Below are positions 48,738-55,656 of a stretch of 55,656 nucleotides of DNA, one piece after another. The DNA is from an uncultured Rhodocyclaceae bacterium (GTDB taxonomy: Bacteria; Pseudomonadota; Gammaproteobacteria; Burkholderiales; Rhodocyclaceae), in contig CALAGF010000377.1 of assembly GCA_937892345.1 (NCBI GenBank), positions 1-55,656 on the forward strand, in the 5' to 3' direction. The notes below the pieces were generated by a model. The model was not told the origin of the DNA. It saw nothing but the letters and a program-made list of their open reading frames with translations, and did no database searches. How positions within the stretch are numbered: the first letter of the stretch is position 1; the number at the start of each line of letters is the position of its first letter. Position numbers and translations under genes: made by a program.

Positions 48738-49756
48738 TCGCGAACCTTTTTCATCAAGCCAGGACCGGACAAGGTTCTCAAAAAAGCCACGATCAGATTC
48801 ACATCACTATCATCCAGCTCGCGCCCGAGTTGGTAACGCCCCATGATTTTTACTGCAGCCTCCAGCGTCTCAGCAGAACCGTCATGGAAATAAGGTGCGG
48901 TCAGCGCCACATTGCGCAGCGTCGGCACTTTGAAAACGTGGCGATCTTCCTCACGACCTGTCACGTTGTAACGCCCCAAATCAGCCTTTGTCACCTGTTT
49001 ACCGGCGAAGTAGTCACCCATCACACCGAACTTCTGGTACATGTTGCCGCCGAGCAAAGCGCCCTGATGGCAACTCGTACACCCATATTCACGGAAACGC
49101 TTGTAACCCTTGATCTCGTCGTCGGTCAGTATCCGTGTATCACCCAACAGATATTGGTCCAAACGGCTGTCGACCGTAACGAGGGAGCGCTCAAACGTCG
49201 CCAGTGCATTGGCGATATTCGCCGCATTCAACCCATCGGAATAGGCCGATGCGAACGCTTTGCTAATAGCGGCATCCTGCCCCAGGCGCTCAATGACCTG
49301 CGCCCAGTTCGAACCCATTTCAACAGGATTGTGAATGGGGCCTGACGCCTGAACTTCAAGCGAGGACGCCCTGCCATCCCAAAACTGCGAGAAACCGAAG
49401 CCGCTGTTTAGTACGGTCGGTGCATTAACCGTCCCTTTGGCGCCTTGGATACCGGTGGAGACCGATTGATTATCCGTTCCACCAAACTCCAGGCGGTGGC
49501 AGGAACTGCAACTGACCGTACCATCGCCTGAAAGTCTGGCATCGGAAAACAGTTGCCGCCCCAAGGCAACGCGGTCAGCGCGTAAAGAGCCGGGCTTGCG
49601 CAAGGGCACCACGGGCTGCAGCGCATCGTCGTGAACGACAAGGCCCCGATCCAGCGACTGCAACATCGGATCCATTGGGTGATTCATACCGAAATACACA
49701 GCCACCAATAGCATTATGGTGAGCAGCAAGACATACAAGCGCCGAGTGACTGTCAC
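48734..49756 (-). CDS. Di-heme cytochrome c peroxidase (bCCP/MauG) family protein with N-terminal membrane anchor
   Basis: CSSCH and CTSCH, NAPTVLN, QFWDGRA, NPVEM, FKVPTLRN..TAPYFHDG; GTGA overlap start at 49756. Confidence 0.9.
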   Translation of the reverse strand: MTVTRRLYVLLLTIMLLVAVYFGMNHPMDPMLQSLDRGLVVHDDALQPVVPLRKPGSLRADRVALGRQLFSDARLSGDGTVSCSSCHRLEFGGTDNQSVSTGIQGAKGTVNAPTVLNSGFGFSQFWDGRASSLEVQASGPIHNPVEMGSNWAQVIERLGQDAAISKAFASAYSDGLNAANIANALATFERSLVTVDSRLDQYLLGDTRILTDDEIKGYKRFREYGCTSCHQGALLGGNMYQKFGVMGDYFAGKQVTKADLGRYNVTGREEDRHVFKVPTLRNVALTAPYFHDGSAETLEAAVKIMGRYQLGRELDDSDVNLIVAFLRTLSGPGLMKKVRE

Positions 49757-50721
49757 TTTGCGTAGCTCACACAATTTTTCCCGGCTCTTTTCGCTGCATA
49801 AACCGCCTCATCTGCCCGCCCCAGAAAGCTCAAACGGTCCTCGCCGCTTTGCCATTCCGCAACGCCGATGCTGACCGTGCACTGGATAGTGTCACCACTA
49901 GAGGTCAGGACCTTCGCCTCGGCAAAGCGCTGACGCAGCCGCTCCGCCAGCAAGCCCGCGGCATTCAGTTCGACCTCAGGCAGGATAATCACAAACTCTT
50001 CGCCACCGTAACGGAATGCGGAGTCACTACGGCGCAAGGAATGCTGAATCGCAACCGACAAACTGCGCAGTACCTTGTCCCCTTCCAAATGTCCAAACCC
50101 GTCGTTGATTCGCTTGAAATCATCACAGTCAAGCACCAACAAGGACAAGGGGTTTCCCGTGTCTCGACTCCGATCTAGCTCAATTGACAGACGCTCATCG
50201 AGGGAACGTACGTTAAGCAAGCCAGTCAGGGAATCCGTCTCGCTCAAACGGCGGTAGCGTTCTTCGCTGGCGCGCAGTGCATCTTCTGCCAGCTTGCGCT
50301 CAGTCACATCCTGCAAGGTTTCAATCGCACCGACGATTACGCCGGCCGTATTACGGATTGGTGCCGCAGTAAAAAACAGCCAGCGTCCATGCTCTCCAAA
50401 CGCGGGGAAAAAATCCTCCGCTTCGTAAGCACCTTCGATAAGACAGGACTTCCGGAATTTACCGTGATAAAACTGGTCGACCGCAGTATCAATTGCCTGA
50501 TCGACAATCAAATCCGCCATGATGGGTCGGGGTGCCGTATAAAAAGCACGCCATTGATCCCGGGTTCCGATGATGTGCTCAGGTAAAACACCGGTCAGAA
50601 CTGCACAAGCGCGGTTCCAGTGCGTCACGCGATGCTTGACGTCAATCACGAGCGTTGCCACTGGATTACCATCGATCAGCTGGGATAGCGGATACTGCTC
50701 GTTATCGATGTTGTCAGCCAT
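49753..50721 (-). CDS. PAS-GGDEF diguanylate cyclase
   Basis: WNRAC PAS, DSLTGLLN, DCDDFK.IND..GH, RxxD I-site (RRSD), RYGGEEF; start MADNI. Confidence 0.9.
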   Translation of the reverse strand: MADNIDNEQYPLSQLIDGNPVATLVIDVKHRVTHWNRACAVLTGVLPEHIIGTRDQWRAFYTAPRPIMADLIVDQAIDTAVDQFYHGKFRKSCLIEGAYEAEDFFPAFGEHGRWLFFTAAPIRNTAGVIVGAIETLQDVTERKLAEDALRASEERYRRLSETDSLTGLLNVRSLDERLSIELDRSRDTGNPLSLLVLDCDDFKRINDGFGHLEGDKVLRSLSVAIQHSLRRSDSAFRYGGEEFVIILPEVELNAAGLLAERLRQRFAEAKVLTSSGDTIQCTVSIGVAEWQSGEDRLSFLGRADEAVYAAKRAGKNCVSYAK

Positions 50722-50812
50722 GAAACCTTGCAAAGAACCCTCAGTTAGAATGCGTGTGGGTGAATATGGTGCATTCCTGCTCCTCCGACCAACCCACACT
50801 CCGGCCATTATC

Positions 50813-51445
50813 GTGAAAAAAGTCGATATCGAATTATTTTACCAGCGCCTCCGGTCTACGAATCCTCGCCCGGAGACTGAACTGGTCTACGAAAGCCCAT
50901 TTCAGCTGCTTATCGCAGTCATACTTTCTGCACAGGCCACCGACGTAAGCGTAAACAAAGCTACTCGGCAACTTTTCCTTGTCGCACCAACTGCACCGAG
51001 CATGCTAGCCCTAGGTGAAGAAGGGCTGACAGAATATATCAAGACTATCGGGTTGTATCGGACAAAAGCACGGAACGTCACAGCTACTTGCCGCATTCTT
51101 ACGGAACAATATGGCGGAGAAGTGCCGGATGACCGCGTAGCCCTTGAATCCTTGCCAGGTGTCGGACGAAAAACTGCCAACGTTGTTCTTAATACGGCTT
51201 TTGGACATCCTACGATCGCGGTGGACACCCATATTTTTCGCTTGGGAAACCGAACCGGCCTTGCCCCCGGAAAAACAGTAGAAATTGTTGAGCAAAAATT
51301 GCTGCGTGTTACCCCGGAAGCCTTCAAAAGGGATGCCCACCATTGGCTGATTCTCCATGGCCGCTACGTATGCAAGGCGAGAAAGCCCGAGTGCAAGGTC
51401 TGCATTGTGCAAGATCTGTGTGCATATAAAGGCAAGACCGCATGA
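50813..51445 (+). CDS. nth: Endonuclease III
   Basis: LLIAVILSAQATD, HhH LPGVGRKTANVV, VDTHIFR, C-x6-C-x2-C-x5-C; GTG start at 50813. Confidence 0.96.
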   Translation: MKKVDIELFYQRLRSTNPRPETELVYESPFQLLIAVILSAQATDVSVNKATRQLFLVAPTAPSMLALGEEGLTEYIKTIGLYRTKARNVTATCRILTEQYGGEVPDDRVALESLPGVGRKTANVVLNTAFGHPTIAVDTHIFRLGNRTGLAPGKTVEIVEQKLLRVTPEAFKRDAHHWLILHGRYVCKARKPECKVCIVQDLCAYKGKTA

Positions 51446-52464
51446 AAGCTGCAAGTGGTTTAGCGGCGGCTAAAACTGCCAGCCCCGCACTTGTTGAAGA
51501 AGCGATAAAACGCGCACTTGACGCACTATCAATCAGCCGCGCAGATCAAGTCATATTGTTTTTGAGTAATGAGTTCGGTGCGGATGTCGCGAGTGCAATA
51601 CGAATTGCAGTTGCCACTGCCGGCACACTCAGAGTATCCGGTATGCGCACCCCCGGTGTATTTACCGAGCAAGGGTGGGAAATAGATCGCCCTGCGGCGG
51701 CAGCAATGGTTATTAGTTGCACCAACGAAGCAGCACCAACCGAGACGGATACCCCGTTATTGTCGTTCTCTAGCCTCGGTTACTTGCCTCACTCGTGGGA
51801 AAAAGGCGCACCCCGTGCAGGACTGTTATCCCCAGGCGGGTTGAGTTGGCAAGCCGGCCGAATAGCAGAAAATGCGGAAGACCGAATTGCCAGCAGATCT
51901 CCACCCCGTCAGATCCATTCGCGAGGTTTCAAGCGTCTTTCCAAATATTTGGTGGTTACTGCAGCCAGTGGACGTACGCTATCGATGCTTGCTGGACAGC
52001 CTGTTTGCGATATATTGCGTAGAGTTTTACCTCCGGAAGAAAAATCCCTATGCAATCTGCACAAGCTTAGAATCTTCAAAAATACTTCCGACCGAGGGAT
52101 CAGTATCTTGAGCAGACTCGCCGAAAGCGACTTATTGCTATCGGAGCCAATTGAACAAGGAAGTTTGATATTTTTTGCGGCACGACATCCACTTGCTTCT
52201 GCCCAAGAAATACGCGAACAGATGCGCTCGGCAGCAGAAAATTCCGCTCAAAATGCCTTTGCATTCATGTTTTCCTGTGTTGGTCGTGGACCAATTTTCT
52301 ACGGAGACGATGACGCAGACTTACTGGCCTTCAAAGAACACTTCCCTGAACTTCCGCTGTTAGGCGCCTACGGTAGCTACCAAATTACTCGTGGCAACCA
52401 GGAGAACATCTTGAGTCAAAATAGCGTCCTCACTCTGCTTTACGAAAAAACCCTTCATGTTTAA
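51442..52464 (+). CDS. FIST-domain protein (divergent)
   Basis: FIST_C-like AFMFSCVGRG..FYG.....AFKEHFPELPLLGAYG..QI; N-terminal GVFTEQGW. Confidence 0.72.
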   Translation: MKAASGLAAAKTASPALVEEAIKRALDALSISRADQVILFLSNEFGADVASAIRIAVATAGTLRVSGMRTPGVFTEQGWEIDRPAAAAMVISCTNEAAPTETDTPLLSFSSLGYLPHSWEKGAPRAGLLSPGGLSWQAGRIAENAEDRIASRSPPRQIHSRGFKRLSKYLVVTAASGRTLSMLAGQPVCDILRRVLPPEEKSLCNLHKLRIFKNTSDRGISILSRLAESDLLLSEPIEQGSLIFFAARHPLASAQEIREQMRSAAENSAQNAFAFMFSCVGRGPIFYGDDDADLLAFKEHFPELPLLGAYGSYQITRGNQENILSQNSVLTLLYEKTLHV

Positions 52465-52885
52465 CCCAACTAAAGATCAGGTTCGCCATTTTTTTTGTAC
52501 CGCTTGGCAAAAATACGAGGCTCAGCATCCACTTGTAGGCGCTGAAGTGACGGTAGCAGGCATTATCAGTCAGCACCCCGAATATCACTCCTTGCTTCGT
52601 AACACTTCCGATGCAATGGAAAAAACATGGATGCCAGAGGATGGCACCATGAATCCCTTCCTACATTTGTCACTTCATCTCGCCGTTCAAGAGCAGGTCG
52701 AAATAGACCAACCCAAAGGCGTTCGGGCTATCTACGAAAACCTGCAAAAGAAAATGGACGCACACGCCGCTCAACACATCCTTCTGGAAAGCTTGGGAGA
52801 AACCATCTGGGAAGCTCAACACACGGGCAACACGATGGACTCAATGGCTTATCTTGAAATCATCCGCAAAAAATCCAAGCTATGA
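52457..52885 (+). CDS. DUF1841 family protein
   Basis: MFNPTKDQVRHFF..AW.K, HPEYH, NPFLHLSLHL...EQ..IDQP. Confidence 0.85.
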   Translation: MFNPTKDQVRHFFCTAWQKYEAQHPLVGAEVTVAGIISQHPEYHSLLRNTSDAMEKTWMPEDGTMNPFLHLSLHLAVQEQVEIDQPKGVRAIYENLQKKMDAHAAQHILLESLGETIWEAQHTGNTMDSMAYLEIIRKKSKL

Positions 52886-52971
52886 AAAAATGGCAGCAGG
52901 GAGTTTTTGACTGCTTTTAATTTCTGGATTTCAATGAGGTTTTGGTTTGAGGGTTTTGGTGGGATAGGCGT

Positions 52972-53006
52972 AAAAAAACCCCCTAGAGTGGTCTAGGGGG
53001 TTTTTT
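52972..53006. terminator. Bidirectional intrinsic terminator ending the rRNA operon
   Basis: A7-CCCCCTAGA-GTGG-TCTAGGGGG-T6. Confidence 0.9.
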
Positions 53007-53014
53007 GAATGGGG

Positions 53015-53130
53015 TGCCTGGCGGTGACCTACTTTCGCGAGCGGAAGCTCACTATCATTGGCGCGCTACTGTTTCACGGTCCTGTTCGGGAAGGGAAGGG
53101 GTGGGTCCAGAAGGCTATTGCCGCCAAGCA
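53015..53130 (-). rRNA. rrf: 5S rRNA
   Basis: Reverse complement reads TGCTTGGCGGCAATAGC...CCGAACAGGACCGTGAAAC...AGTAGGTCACCGCCAGGCA. Confidence 0.95.
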
Positions 53131-53221
53131 TAACTTGTGTGCTTGCCGAGGATTGGCAAGCCAAAATGGGGAAGGTTGTTTGTTGTGACTGCTATGAGTA
53201 TTGCTGCAGATTACAAGGTTA

Positions 53222-55656
<2,435 letters not shown>

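Noticed and set aside
52935-52961. Imperfect duplication TGAGG(G)TTTTGGT downstream of the rRNA terminator
   Set aside because: Two short low-complexity copies only; no supportable function.

Overview
Core-chromosome segment of a betaproteobacterium. Gene content and order resemble Rhodocyclales/Dechloromonas-type genomes (inference). In order: ompA (5'-truncated), ubiG, a large peptide-type SBP, bcp, PIN-PhoH, a Tat-exported transglutaminase-like protein, rpsF-priB-rpsR-rplI-dnaB, an etfBA-CbiM-like-FimV-like-acyl-CoA dehydrogenase run with a divergent TetR, ppx, acuI-like/REC-GGDEF*/prpE, NlpC/P60, a split Fe3+ ABC system (fbpA, ankyrin, fbpB, fbpC), aat-bpt, MliC-YbaY, lemA-TPM-TPM, ankyrin-DUF411, tolC-macA-ABC-FccB-like, pyrD, rsxABCDGE, an RlmN paralog, a PAS-GGDEF / di-heme peroxidase-like / DAHL-like-PAS-GGDEF-EAL operon, nth-FIST-DUF1841, and the 3' end of an rRNA operon (5S and partial 23S, minus strand). 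I saw no CRISPR array, IS element, prophage or intein. Best candidates for new biology: (1) a translationally coupled c-di-GMP operon built around a di-heme peroxidase homolog that lacks the distal His, possibly a periplasmic redox/peroxide sensor; (2) a 32-bp bidirectional, Fur-box-like promoter between fbpB and fbpC; (3) a tandem CATAC-N6-GTATG TetR operator; (4) a probable CTG start for priB; (5) several enzymes with altered catalytic residues; (6) recurrent leaderless-type promoters. Protein calls come from motif recognition by eye, not database searches.
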